DNA from: Bdellovibrio sp.
Lineage (GTDB): Bacteria; Bdellovibrionota; Bdellovibrionia; Bdellovibrionales; Bdellovibrionaceae
Direction: 5' to 3'
Assembly: GCA_036676395.1 (NCBI GenBank)
Contig: JAKFCY010000002.1
Coordinates: 224,001 to 288,000, forward strand
Length of the DNA stretch: 64,000 bases
Within the stretch, counting starts at the first letter, position 1. The number at the start of each line of letters is the position of its first letter. The notes below the pieces were generated by a model. That model was not told the origin of the DNA, searched no databases, and saw only the letters and a program-made list of their open reading frames with translations. The translations under genes and the position numbers were made by a program. Shown here piece after piece: positions 28,618 to 39,500 of this stretch.

Positions 28618-30991
28618 CTTTGTTGCTTCCTTTTTTTGCCATTTGATCTAGGTAATCAGATAAATTTGCATATCTCGGGCGAATCACTTGTTGGCCACCT
28701 GGTGTAGCTGGTTTTTCACCACGATCATCAGCCGGAGCTGATGGTTTAAAACGAGTTTCGTGTTTTTGAATCGCCTGCATTTTTTGAGACTTCGCTGGTT
28801 GATGGCCAGAGCTTCGCCCTGGTCTGAAATCATCGCCGCGTTTTCCTGCAGCAGGTTTTTCTTTTTGAAAGCTCGGAAATTTTTTATCTGTTTTAGCAAA
28901 ACGATCGCCGCCTTTTTCAGGACGACCAGATCTGTCAGGCCTGTCTGACTTTTCAGAGCGGTCATTGCGTCCGCCTCTATGGCCAGATTTTTTAAAGTCG
29001 TCTTTACCGCGAGCATATTTCGAATTGTTTTTTCTGCCCGTAGCTTTAGACTCGGTAGCGCCTTCTAAAAGAAAGTTAACTTGGCCACTTTCGATATCTG
29101 TTGAACTAACGGTAACACGTACGCGATCACCTAAGTTGTAACTTGCGCCTGAACGTTTAGCGACCAAGCGAAGATTTTCTTCGTCGAATTCCCAGTTGTC
29201 TCCACCTAGATCATCAAGGCGAATTAAACCATCAATATTATATTCGCGAAGTAATACGAATACGCCAAACTTAGTGACTGAACTGATCATGCCATCAAAA
29301 GTTTGTCCGACTAAACGTTTCATAAAGCGGGCTTTTTTGATGGCTTGAATCTGGCGTTCAGCTTTTGCCGAACGTTGTTCGCAGGCAGATAGCCAAGTTC
29401 CAGCAGTTTGAATATCTTCATCGGCCATTAAACGATATCCGCCCGGAGCACCGATAATGTTTTTAAGCAGTCGGTGAACGATTAAATCCGGATAACGACG
29501 AATTGGTGAAGTAAAGTGAGTGTAGAAATCAAACCCTAAACCGAAGTGACCAATATTTTCTAAAGTGTAACGGGCTTGGCTCATCGAACGTAAAGTTAAC
29601 ATATGAATCACTTGGGCTTGCGCTTCGTTTGTAAACTCATGCAAAGCTTTCGTTAATTTTTTTTGTAAACGATCGCCTGATAAATGAGTTTGTGCGCCGA
29701 AACTGTTCATGAACTTTTCAAGCATGGCAATTTTTAATGGATCGGGTGGTTCATGCGTTCTAAAGATCGCTGGAATATCTTTTTTGCCAAATTCTTTTGC
29801 CACAGCCACGTTGGCCGCTAACATCATTTCTTCAATCAAACGATGTGCAAATAAACGTTCTGATTTAATCACATCAACTGGTTCGCCCGTGCCATCAATC
29901 ACTAATTCAGTTTCAGGCACTTCTAAATCAAGTGAACCTTCTTTAAAACGTTTAGCCATTAAGACTTTAGCTAAATCTGCACAGCGCATGATGTTTTCTT
30001 TTACGTGCGCAAACTTTTTATGAGTTTCGCTATCGCCTTCAGGGTTATCGACAATTTCTTGCGCCTGACCGTAAGTCACACGCGCTTTACTTTCAATCAC
30101 ACCTTCGTAGAACGAAGACTCTGTCATCACGCCGGTAAAATCAAAGTGCATGTCGGCGACTAAAGCTAGGCGCGGAACATGAGGGTTTAGCGAACATAAT
30201 CCGTTTGATAAAGCTTCTGGTAACATCGGAATCACGAAATTCGGAAAATAACATGAAGTTCCGCGCTCGTAAGCATCTTTATCCATAGAAGTGCCAGGTT
30301 TTACGTAATGACTGACATCGGCGATCGCTACGATTAAATGAAATCCACGCCCATCCATATCCACATGAACAGCATCATCGAAATCTTTTGCGGTAGCTCC
30401 ATCTATAGTAATGATATTGATATTGCGAATATCTTTACGGCCTTCGAAATCTTTTTCAGTAGGATTTGTAGAATACTTTTTGGCTTCTTCTAAAGTTGCA
30501 GGTGCGAACTCTTCAGGAATGTTTTGCGCTATTACAACACGTTTAATATCGTTTAAGGCATCTTGGATATCGCCGATGATTTCAACGACTTCGCCCATGA
30601 ATTCACCTTTATCAGGGTATTCAGTGATACGGGCTACAACTAATTCGCCCTTTTTAGCTTTTAAAGACTTATCTAGGGGTATTTTTAGATCTTTTCCCCA
30701 GCCTTTGCCTTCATCTTTAATCATTCCGAAACGTTCGTTCCAGATGGTAAACGCTCCGGCGATTTTTTTCTGAGAGCGATCATTGATATTCATGATTTCA
30801 CCGCGAAAACGGCCATCACGTTCTTTTTCAGCCGTGATTGAAACTTTATCGTTGGTCATTGCGGTTTTCATAGCTTGGGCAGGAATAAAAACATCGGGAT
30901 GTTCTACATCTTCTGGAATAAAGAAGCCAAAGCCGTCGGGGTGTCGTTTGATTGTACCGTGCAGAAGACGGGGAACACTTTTGTTTTTCAT
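28448..30991 (-). CDS. rnr: Ribonuclease R
   Basis: HPDGFGF cold-shock domain, TIDG..AKDFDDA, IADVSHYV, IEEMMLAAN, HFTSPIRRYPDL, S1 domain and basic tail. Confidence 0.96.
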   Translation of the reverse strand: MKNKSVPRLLHGTIKRHPDGFGFFIPEDVEHPDVFIPAQAMKTAMTNDKVSITAEKERDGRFRGEIMNINDRSQKKIAGAFTIWNERFGMIKDEGKGWGKDLKIPLDKSLKAKKGELVVARITEYPDKGEFMGEVVEIIGDIQDALNDIKRVVIAQNIPEEFAPATLEEAKKYSTNPTEKDFEGRKDIRNINIITIDGATAKDFDDAVHVDMDGRGFHLIVAIADVSHYVKPGTSMDKDAYERGTSCYFPNFVIPMLPEALSNGLCSLNPHVPRLALVADMHFDFTGVMTESSFYEGVIESKARVTYGQAQEIVDNPEGDSETHKKFAHVKENIMRCADLAKVLMAKRFKEGSLDLEVPETELVIDGTGEPVDVIKSERLFAHRLIEEMMLAANVAVAKEFGKKDIPAIFRTHEPPDPLKIAMLEKFMNSFGAQTHLSGDRLQKKLTKALHEFTNEAQAQVIHMLTLRSMSQARYTLENIGHFGLGFDFYTHFTSPIRRYPDLIVHRLLKNIIGAPGGYRLMADEDIQTAGTWLSACEQRSAKAERQIQAIKKARFMKRLVGQTFDGMISSVTKFGVFVLLREYNIDGLIRLDDLGGDNWEFDEENLRLVAKRSGASYNLGDRVRVTVSSTDIESGQVNFLLEGATESKATGRKNNSKYARGKDDFKKSGHRGGRNDRSEKSDRPDRSGRPEKGGDRFAKTDKKFPSFQKEKPAAGKRGDDFRPGRSSGHQPAKSQKMQAIQKHETRFKPSAPADDRGEKPATPGGQQVIRPRYANLSDYLDQMAKKGSNKDDNHSSHKKNGPAKAKSGDKFSSNRQDSKKRDSSSDDSRGVRKARPTKPGRKAKSR

Positions 30992-31596
30992 TATATTGTT
31001 AATACTCGCTTTCAGCTAAATAAAGTCTAACGCCTATATATAGACAGCTCCAACAAAAAACCTGAACCCCTCAGAGGCAAGCAAAACATAAAAAATGAAG
31101 ATAAAAGAATATTTCTGGGGCGTAGAAAGCCCATCGCAATTTGGCGAGCACCGTGTAAAAGCCAAATTCAGAAAGAATTCCTAGACCATTGTCCTGAAAA
31201 TAACACAGCGCAATCGCCGCAGCACAAAAAAGTCAGATTGAAACATAATCATTGTTTCGTTACGTGAAAAAAATCGCCCGAATAAAGAGCAATTGCTCTA
31301 CAACAAAAATTATTGATTAAACAAGATTTTCAGAGACAAAAGTCTGTGTCTATTGTGAAAAAATCGAACAGTAAAAACTAGGCATTTTAGCAAAAAATTT
31401 TTTTTGACCCACGGATTACAATTGATGCAACAAAACCACAAAGCGCGAGATTTTAAACACCTTTATCTACGCTAGACTTTGATCTCAAAACTTTTCCCGT
31501 TGCGCAGGACCAACGACCTTATTACGATTACCTTATAAGTTTAGAAAAAAATTAGCGTTTTATAACGAAACGATATTAACGAAAGGGACAACAACA

Positions 31597-32742
31597 ATGA
31601 AACAACTATTAGTAATAGCAATTGCTTTAGCTTCAACTAACGCATTCGCATCTCGCGCGAGAGTTCAATCTTTAGGAAACTCTGCACACATCACAGATAC
31701 ACAATCGGTATACTCGAACCCAGCAAAAATGTTTTTAATGGGCGACTTTGTTAACCTAGAATCAGGTGCACAAACTACGACTACTCAAAATGCAAATGCT
31801 GAAGGTTTATTAGTGCGCTCTATGGGCGATGCTAAAGCTGGTCTTTCTTTAGGCCACAAATCTGAAAATGCTTCTGCTTTCGGTTTAAGAGCTTTATTAG
31901 TTGGTGGTGCTGGTGCTCCATTAGCAACTATGAACGTATTAGTTGAACAACAAAATCCATTAGAATTATCTTACGGTATGAAATCTGGCGATATGACTTG
32001 GGCTGGAACTTTTGTTTACTCTAACTATAATGATAAAGTTACTGATGCAAAAGAAAACTCTATGGGCGTTCGCTTAGGTGCTTTAACTGGCGCTTGGGAT
32101 TTCTCTTTAGGTTTAGGTTTATTAAATACTGTTAAAGGTAAATCTGCTGTGACTATCGCTCCAGCTGGTGTAACTACTGGTGACGAAATCGAATTCAAAG
32201 GAACAATTGGCGTTTCTGCTTTCGCAGGTTACACAATGGGTTCTCTTTACACATTCGGTGAAGTTGTTTTAGCTGGTGCTAAAATGGAAAACACAACTAC
32301 AGCTACTGAAATGGCTAAAGTTGATTCAACTCAAATCACTATCGGTGCTGTTGAATCTGTTAAAAAAGACGGAAACGAATTTTTCTACGGTGTTAGCTTA
32401 GTTAGCTCTGATCTTAAAAACAAAACTGCTGACGAGAAAACTACTTCTTTATCTTTACCAGTTATCGTTGGTTTAGAAGCAGAAGCTACTTCTTGGATGG
32501 TTTTACGTGGTTCATTAACTCAAACAGTATTAATCAACAACTCTAAAGAGACTGATACTACTGGAACTACTGCTGAAACTTCTCCCGGCTTAAACAATAC
32601 AGTTGCTGCAATCGGCGCTGGTTTAAAATTCAACAAAGTAACTGTTGATGGTTCATTACAAGGTTTAACTGGCACTGCAGCTAACCAACAATTAGATGGT
32701 AACGATTTATTAACTACTGTGGGATTAACTTACGTATTCTAA
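31597..32742 (+). CDS. Major outer-membrane beta-barrel protein (Bdellovibrio major OMP/PopA-like), copy 1
   Basis: Signal peptide followed by SRARVQSLG; amphipathic strands; LPVIVGLEA...W..LRGS; terminal TYVF; strong high-expression codon bias. Confidence 0.85.
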   Translation: MKQLLVIAIALASTNAFASRARVQSLGNSAHITDTQSVYSNPAKMFLMGDFVNLESGAQTTTTQNANAEGLLVRSMGDAKAGLSLGHKSENASAFGLRALLVGGAGAPLATMNVLVEQQNPLELSYGMKSGDMTWAGTFVYSNYNDKVTDAKENSMGVRLGALTGAWDFSLGLGLLNTVKGKSAVTIAPAGVTTGDEIEFKGTIGVSAFAGYTMGSLYTFGEVVLAGAKMENTTTATEMAKVDSTQITIGAVESVKKDGNEFFYGVSLVSSDLKNKTADEKTTSLSLPVIVGLEAEATSWMVLRGSLTQTVLINNSKETDTTGTTAETSPGLNNTVAAIGAGLKFNKVTVDGSLQGLTGTAANQQLDGNDLLTTVGLTYVF

Positions 32743-32758
32743 TCGAATACGTAATTTT
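32730..32758 (+). terminator. Intercistronic stem-loop / weak terminator
   Basis: TTACGTATTC-taatc-GAATACGTAA followed by TTTT. Confidence 0.55.
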
Positions 32759-32774
32759 AAAAGGATATAAACAC

Positions 32775-33881
32775 ATGAAATCATTATTAACATTAGCGAT
32801 CGTATTAGCTTCAACTTCGGCTTTCGCAACTCGCGCAAGAACTGTTGCTTTAGGTAATGCTGCTCACTTAGTAGATTCATCTACAGTTTTCGCAAAACCT
32901 GCTGACATCTTTGCAGTATCTGATTCTTTAACTATCGAATCAGGTCGCCAAGATTTAACTTTAGGTACTCATGCAGCTACTCAAGGTTCTGAAGCATTAA
33001 TGATCCGCTCTGCGGGTGATGCTAAATGGGCTTTAGCTTTAGGTCACGATGATGCAAGATCTTTTGCATTACGTACTGATGCTGACAACGGAGCTGTTGG
33101 TTTAATCGGCCAACAAAATCCATTAGAGTTAACTTACGGCATGAAAACAGGCGATATGGCTTGGGCTGGTACTTTAGTTTACTCTAACTACAACGATAAA
33201 ATTGCTGAAGTTAAAGAGAACACTACTTCTTTAAAATTTGGTGCTGCAACTTCTACTTGGGATGCAACTATCGATTTAGGCTTAGCTGACAAGTGGGAAG
33301 ATAGCGTAAACAATGATGAATTCAAAGGTAAATCTAACGTAGCAGTACGTGCAGGTTTTTGGGTTTCTTCAGATATGTACACTTATGCTGATGTAAGCAT
33401 GACTGGTTATGAAAGAACTGATGCTGGTACAGTAGACAAAGAAATCAAAGCTACTGATATCACTGTTGGAGCTATCAACACGATGAAAAATGAAGGCAAC
33501 GAATTTTTCTGGGGTGCTGGTTTAACTTCTTCAACTTCAAAAGACAGCAAAGCAGTAGCTCCTACTGTTGAGAAGTCTTCTTCTTTATCTTTACCATTCA
33601 TCATTGGTATGGAAGCTAACGCTGCTTCTTGGTTAACATTACGTGGATCTGTAACTCAACACGTACTTATCCAAAATGAAAAATCTGAGTCTTCAGCTGC
33701 AACTTTAACTGAAACTTCTCCTGGTTTAAACAGCACAACTTTCGCAGCTGGCGCTGGTTTAAAACTTGGCAAATTAGCTTTAGATGCTTCTTTATTAAAA
33801 GATGCTACTACTGGTCTTAATACACAAAATGTAAACACAACTGACCTTTTAGGTACAGTTGGTATGACTTACGTATTCTAA
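32775..33881 (+). CDS. Major outer-membrane beta-barrel protein, copy 2
   Basis: Paralogue sharing QQNPLEL.YGMK.GDM.WAGT.VYSNYNDK, ETSPGLN and terminal TYVF. Confidence 0.85.
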   Translation: MKSLLTLAIVLASTSAFATRARTVALGNAAHLVDSSTVFAKPADIFAVSDSLTIESGRQDLTLGTHAATQGSEALMIRSAGDAKWALALGHDDARSFALRTDADNGAVGLIGQQNPLELTYGMKTGDMAWAGTLVYSNYNDKIAEVKENTTSLKFGAATSTWDATIDLGLADKWEDSVNNDEFKGKSNVAVRAGFWVSSDMYTYADVSMTGYERTDAGTVDKEIKATDITVGAINTMKNEGNEFFWGAGLTSSTSKDSKAVAPTVEKSSSLSLPFIIGMEANAASWLTLRGSVTQHVLIQNEKSESSAATLTETSPGLNSTTFAAGAGLKLGKLALDASLLKDATTGLNTQNVNTTDLLGTVGMTYVF

Positions 33882-33906
33882 TTATTAATTAGAAATGTAA
33901 TTCACG

Positions 33907-33938
33907 AAAGGGCTCGGTTTATACCGGGCCTTTTTTTT
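33907..33938 (+). terminator. Intrinsic terminator
   Basis: AAAGGGCTCGGT-tat-ACCGGGCC followed by T8. Confidence 0.85.
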
Positions 33939-34052
33939 GTCCAAAATCAAAATCAGATTTCGCGCTAATCGTCTCACTGGGTGATTTTTTATTCCAGACA
34001 GCAGTAAGTGCTCGGCACGCGAAGATCGCTTCATCGCAAGCCTGCTAAGACC

Positions 34053-34089
34053 AAAAAAATCCCCGATAGACATATCTACCAGGGATTTT
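34053..34089 (-). terminator. Intrinsic terminator
   Basis: AAAAAAATCCC...TAGA-cata-TCTA...GGGATTTT downstream of the nuclease gene. Confidence 0.7.
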
Positions 34090-34113
34090 AATTTTCGTAC
34101 TAAGTCTTAAGAA

Positions 34114-35208
34114 TTATTTCGCCATTTTCTTTTCGTCTTCTGCTTTTACATCGTAGTAGTCAGGCATTACGAAATCAGGAGTGAACGGGTATTTGTAACT
34201 CTTGTAAGCTTTCACTTCAGGAGCACCTGCTTCTAAGTAAATCTTATCCCAGAAAGAAGCTAACAAGATTGCCGCCCTGGCCATTTGTTCGATTTGTAAT
34301 TTTTCGAACTTCTTAAACCCAACTTCTGGTGGTTGGCGTTTGGCTGCTGATTTTAAGCTGATTCCTTTTTCAACCTTGTAAGTTGAAGGAGCCGTCATCG
34401 GATCAAGTTTGAAAACTGTTTTTACTTCTTTAAAAGAAAGTTCAGATAGTGCCTTCATTCTTTCAACAACAGATAACTTATCTTTCATGAAACTTGCGCT
34501 TTTCATTGTTTGCGCTTTTTTCACGATACGATCTTGCATGTCTGGCCCAAAGAATGCCACTGTCGCTTCTTCGTAATAACCATGAATACCACCGTGATTA
34601 CCTTCGTAACCATCGTAATCAGACGTTGAGTGAAATGGTTGAGCGTTGTCGCCAACGAAGTGACCCATTAAACCCATGTTCACGATCATTGAATAAAACG
34701 CTTTATTAAAAGGTAGTTCGTCGTTTTGTTCTTCTTTGCTTGAAGCAGGTGCTGGTTGCATTGCTACTTCTTCGGCTTGTGCTAAAGCTAAACGGTAAAA
34801 TTGATCGGCTCTCCACCAGTTAGATCCAAGGTCTTTAGGCACACTTTGAATGCGCGTGTTGCGTTTGTGCATGTTTTCTTTGCCAGTGTATTTTTCAACG
34901 ATGGCTTTGTAATCTGTCGGAACATCTTTAACTGCGATTCCTAAAATTTCGACGTCGATAAAGTGACCTGGATCACCGTGTTTACGTTCATCAGCAGATA
35001 ATGATTTCCAGTAAGTATCTGGAATGTTGCAAAGGTGACCCATCACTTGCGGTTTATTTAATAAATAATCTTTAAGTGGTTTTGATTGCACTAAGTGAAC
35101 TGCAGATTCACAGATTTGGTGGTGACCGCGGCCACCCCAGGCCATAGCGTTTTGCGCACTGAACGCGAAACCTACAACGGCTAACGAAGTAAAAAGTTTA
35201 AATGACAT
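34114..35208 (-). CDS. Secreted S1/P1 nuclease / Zn-dependent phospholipase C-fold protein
   Basis: Mature N-terminus WGGRGH after AMA; PD, HFID, HFVGDNAQPFH and HGYYE trinuclear-Zn motifs. Confidence 0.82.
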   Translation of the reverse strand: MSFKLFTSLAVVGFAFSAQNAMAWGGRGHHQICESAVHLVQSKPLKDYLLNKPQVMGHLCNIPDTYWKSLSADERKHGDPGHFIDVEILGIAVKDVPTDYKAIVEKYTGKENMHKRNTRIQSVPKDLGSNWWRADQFYRLALAQAEEVAMQPAPASSKEEQNDELPFNKAFYSMIVNMGLMGHFVGDNAQPFHSTSDYDGYEGNHGGIHGYYEEATVAFFGPDMQDRIVKKAQTMKSASFMKDKLSVVERMKALSELSFKEVKTVFKLDPMTAPSTYKVEKGISLKSAAKRQPPEVGFKKFEKLQIEQMARAAILLASFWDKIYLEAGAPEVKAYKSYKYPFTPDFVMPDYYDVKAEDEKKMAK

Positions 35209-35335
35209 AAAAAAGGCTCCCTTTGCTAATTTTAAGCAGGCCTAGTTTTGCTTTGGCGCTTGGCGCTCATCAAGTTATTTCTTTGTTAGTGCTTACGTGT
35301 TGCGCATGGCCGCGTTTTCTTCTATATAAACGGGT

Positions 35336-36073
35336 GTGACCGATACCCCTACAACCTTCACATTCAAACCTATTGGCTTTATTAAAAGCTGCTACCCCGA
35401 TAAATTCGGGGTGCCGAGGCAATCAGGCTTAGTGAAGCAAACGATTTCTGAATTAGCGATCATGCCTGAATGGCAGCCTGAATTTGCTCTGCAAGGTTTA
35501 GAAGAGTACTCGCATGTGTGGGTGACTTGGGTTTTTCACTTAAATTCGAATACTAAATATCATCCGAAAGTTCATCCACCTAGATTAAAAGGTGAAACGA
35601 TTGGCGTGTTTGCAACACGTTCTCCGCACAGACCAAATCCTTTGGGATTATCTTTAGCTACGGTTGAAAAAATTGAAGGCGGGAAGATTTATCTCGGCGG
35701 TTTGGATTTAGTGGATGGGACGCCGATTCTTGATATTAAACCGTATCTTCCGCAGTTTGAATCTTTGTCTGAATCTCGCGGTGGTTGGGCTACGAAAGAT
35801 GAACATCAGGTTAATAAAATACAAGTGAGCTTTACTGATGATGCGCGTGGTGTTTTGCAATCGTGGTCTTCGCGTTTAGAAAAATCAGAGTTAGAATCTG
35901 TGATTGTTGGTGTTATCAAGCAAGATCCGCGTCCTGTGATTTATCGTGGTTTTGAAGGTTCAGCGGATTCTCCGTACCGTAATGAACACGCTTTTAGACT
36001 ATATGATGGAGATATCCATTTCCGCTTTACTGCTCCTGATGCGGCCGAAGTATTCTCGATTAAGATCGTCTAA
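35336..36073 (+). CDS. tsaA: tRNA m6t6A37 methyltransferase TrmO
   Basis: KFGVPRQSGL, GVFATRSPHRPNPLGLS, LDLVDGTPILDIKPY and QDPRP motifs. Confidence 0.93.
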   Translation: MTDTPTTFTFKPIGFIKSCYPDKFGVPRQSGLVKQTISELAIMPEWQPEFALQGLEEYSHVWVTWVFHLNSNTKYHPKVHPPRLKGETIGVFATRSPHRPNPLGLSLATVEKIEGGKIYLGGLDLVDGTPILDIKPYLPQFESLSESRGGWATKDEHQVNKIQVSFTDDARGVLQSWSSRLEKSELESVIVGVIKQDPRPVIYRGFEGSADSPYRNEHAFRLYDGDIHFRFTAPDAAEVFSIKIV

Positions 36074-36281
36074 TTCGAGTTTTACCTGCAGGATTAAGAA
36101 AGTAAATTCAAAAACTCAGCAGAGTATAAATTATTAATATGAGAAACATGGCAAAATCTTGGCCAAGTATTTTAGGCGCGTAAACAAATTTTTTTGATAA
36201 ATCTCATTTTGTGTCTAAAGGTTTTTATATTTACTTCCGCTAAATATACTATCGTCCAACGGAACGTCGATAGGGGAAGAG

Positions 36282-36536
36282 ATGAAGCTGATTCAGGTTG
36301 CTATTGTATTGTGCTTTTTTACATTATTAGGTTGTACAGTAGGCAGTGGCGGAGGATTCAGCGCCATGTTCACAGAAAAAGAACCAGAAGCTAAGGAAGC
36401 TCGAAAGCAAATCGAAGATATTCAGTCCAACATTAATACAGATTCACGTTACGTCTTAAATTCAGACGAAGTTGTTTTTTTATCCGAACAAGGTGTTGTT
36501 ACTGATGAAGTAGAATTAAAAGGCTGGGTGAAATAA
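36282..36536 (+). CDS. Small lipoprotein, translationally coupled to the Rhs gene
   Basis: LLGC lipobox; GGGGA SD; TAATG overlap with the next gene. Confidence 0.75.
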   Translation: MKLIQVAIVLCFFTLLGCTVGSGGGFSAMFTEKEPEAKEARKQIEDIQSNINTDSRYVLNSDEVVFLSEQGVVTDEVELKGWVK

Positions 36537-39500
36537 TGAGAACACCAAGCTTATTTATTATATCCATCCTGTTCTTAGTTTCCCCCTTTGTAAGCGCAAG
36601 TAGTTTTCAAGGAAAAGCTCCAGAAAGTGGAATAATAATATCTATAAATCCGGAAAAAATTCCTTCTAAATCAGGCGAAAGTATACTGATTAACGGGACT
36701 ATTAAGTATGTCAAAAAGTCTCAATCTAAACCAAAGGATGATGTGTCTAATGGAAGTGATAAGAAAAATGGTCTACTTGAAGAATTTAAAGCTCAGGGTA
36801 TAGACATTGTAGGGGCATTTCCAAGCTCTGCAGTGGATATTTCAAGTGAATTGACTCTTGAAAGTTCATCAGACAACGAAATTCGATTCAGCTATCAAAG
36901 TAAAAATATTATTGCAGATGATCTTAATCAATTTTCATTAAAAGTTTATAATAATCATACTAATAAGAGCGCACTTAAAAAGTTATCTATCATTCAAGGA
37001 AAAATAGAAAAGCGCATACAGCTTTTGACCAAATTAAAAAACAAATTTGAAAGTGGTAAAGCTAAAAAGGAAGCTATCGCAGTTATTGAGAAAGAAATTG
37101 CCAAGCTTACTGCAATTTCCAGCAAAATCGCGAATAAGCTAAATACCAATGGAAATCTAATGGCAGAAAATACGTATGCTATTCAGGTTGATAATTTAAC
37201 TGCAAATTTCAGTAAAATTTCGACTGTTATGAATGATTTTCGCTTTGTCATTGATTCAAATATCGGCAGTGTTATTCAGGGCATGAGTGTGAATTTTAAA
37301 GCAAAAATAGTAAGTCTTTCTCATGCTAATGAAAACAGTGACTCTACTGAAGGCGGTGACGGTTATTTGGCTGAGTTTTATTTTAATGACCAAAAAGTAT
37401 CTTCGCAAAAAGTTATTGAACCGCGAAAAAATTTAAATATAGTTTTTGATTATGCAACAGCATCATTACAGTCAGCTGATCAAAATGTTTTCTCAATAGC
37501 ATTGTATCATCTTGATGATGCTGGTCAAAAAGGTCGAAAAATAGGAAGTTTAAATTATAAAATTCCTGTTATTACTGATTCTGTTAAACCAACTTGGTTA
37601 AGTGGCGCTGTGCCAAATCATCAAGATCGCTACGTTCAGCTATTAAGAACTATTAATCTTAAAACACAAGATAGCTTTGGTCGAATTGATCCACAGAGCT
37701 TTAAATTATTAGTGAATCGTCAGGGAGCGATCACGAATTTAAGTCATCTGATTTCCACAACAAAATTTGATGATGGGTCACGGTATGAATTTACTGGTGA
37801 TATAAATCCTCTGGAAGAGGGAGAATATAGTCTTTCAGCTAAAGTTTCAGATTTTGCGGGAAATGCTGCAGATACTTATAATGTGATGATTCATATTGAT
37901 CGAACAGTGCCTGTTGTTAATACCACGTTAGTCAATAATACATTAACTAACCAGACCAGCATTGAAGTCCCAATTACTGTAAATGATCTAAGCCCGACGG
38001 CTACAGATATTTATGTAAATAATGAACTTACCATGACCAGCGGACTTAAGGTTTTTTCAGCGAGTGCGACATTAACCATAGAAGGTAATAATATTGTTCG
38101 TATTGAAAGCCGTGACGCTGCGGGAAATGTCGCTCTCGTAAGAGAAATAGTTGTGGTGCGGGATACAACGCCACCAGTATTAAGTAATATATTACCTATC
38201 ACAAATTCAACCATCGACACAATTCAGTTCCCTGTGTCCGCAAATTCAAATGAAAAATTAGGATTCGTAAAAATAAATGACATGGCTGTTGCATTGACTG
38301 GCGAAAAAGTATCTTTTAGTGCAACTTATGCAGCAAAAAGCGAAGGTAATTTGTTGCTTAATATTACTTATGCTGATGAAGCTGGAAATGAAGGTTCAGA
38401 TTCTTATACGGTAAATATTAAAAGTAAGCTTTTAAATATCGATTTAGTGAATATCGGTACTTATGAAGATACTAAACTTTTAGTCACTGGTTTAGAGTAC
38501 GCTACAAGACCAGGCTCTAGAGTAGAAATTAGCACAGGATTTTTTGGATTTAATTCTGCCGAAATGGAATCCAATGAACATAATGGTTCATTTGCCCTAA
38601 CAATGAATTATTTTGAGAGTGCTATTCTCAAAGTAACGGATCTAAGCACCGGGGAAACGGCGCAAGGCACTTTAAGCTTTGATACAACTAAAACGAAATT
38701 GTCTGGAATCGTAAAAGATTCGAATAATGTACCATTGCCTGGTGTAACTGTAAGAATAACGGGCTCTGTGAGTACTTATGTTACTGATGGTGCAGGAATG
38801 TTTTCAATTAATAATGCTCCATCGGGGGATCAAAGTTTATTAGTAGATGGTAGTACAGTTTCCACAGCTGTTGCTGGTCCGAATAATAAATTTTTTGCGA
38901 CGAAAGTTTCGATAAATGTTGGACTTGGACAGAATAATGTTCTCGATAATCCTATTTATTTAACGCCTTTATATCTGGATGGCACGCAAACCGTTGTGCA
39001 AGCTGGTGTTGCAACAACGGTTAGTAGTGTGCATGCACCCGGTGTTGAGTTAAGAGTTCCAGCTAATATAGCAGTTTTTCCAAATGGGTCTAACATTGGA
39101 GCAATTAACGTTGTGAAGTTAAATGCAGATTTCGCTACAATTCCAGTTCCAGATTTTGCTGTACCCAACTTTGTATACGCTTTCGAGCCTTCGGGATTAA
39201 CTTTTAAACAAAGAGTTGAACTAAAGCTACCTAATGAAAATGAACTGCCTCCAGGAATGGAACTTCTTATTTATTCTATGAATAGTGCCAAAGGTAAATG
39301 GGAGGTCGATGGTGCAGCGAAAGTTTCTGAGGACGGCTTGAGTGTCGTGTCGAAACCAGGCTTGGGGATATCACATTTTAGCCCACTATACGCAGTACCA
39401 CTTGCCCCATTAATGTACGAAGTAAAAAATCCTAAATTGGCAGGAGTAGATGCATCGGAAGGAAGTCTTACGAAAAGTATTACGCTTCCAAGTTATAAAT

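Noticed and set aside
31095..31184. 29-aa ORF MKIKEYFWGVESPSQF…
   Set aside because: No SD and no recognisable features; expected by chance.
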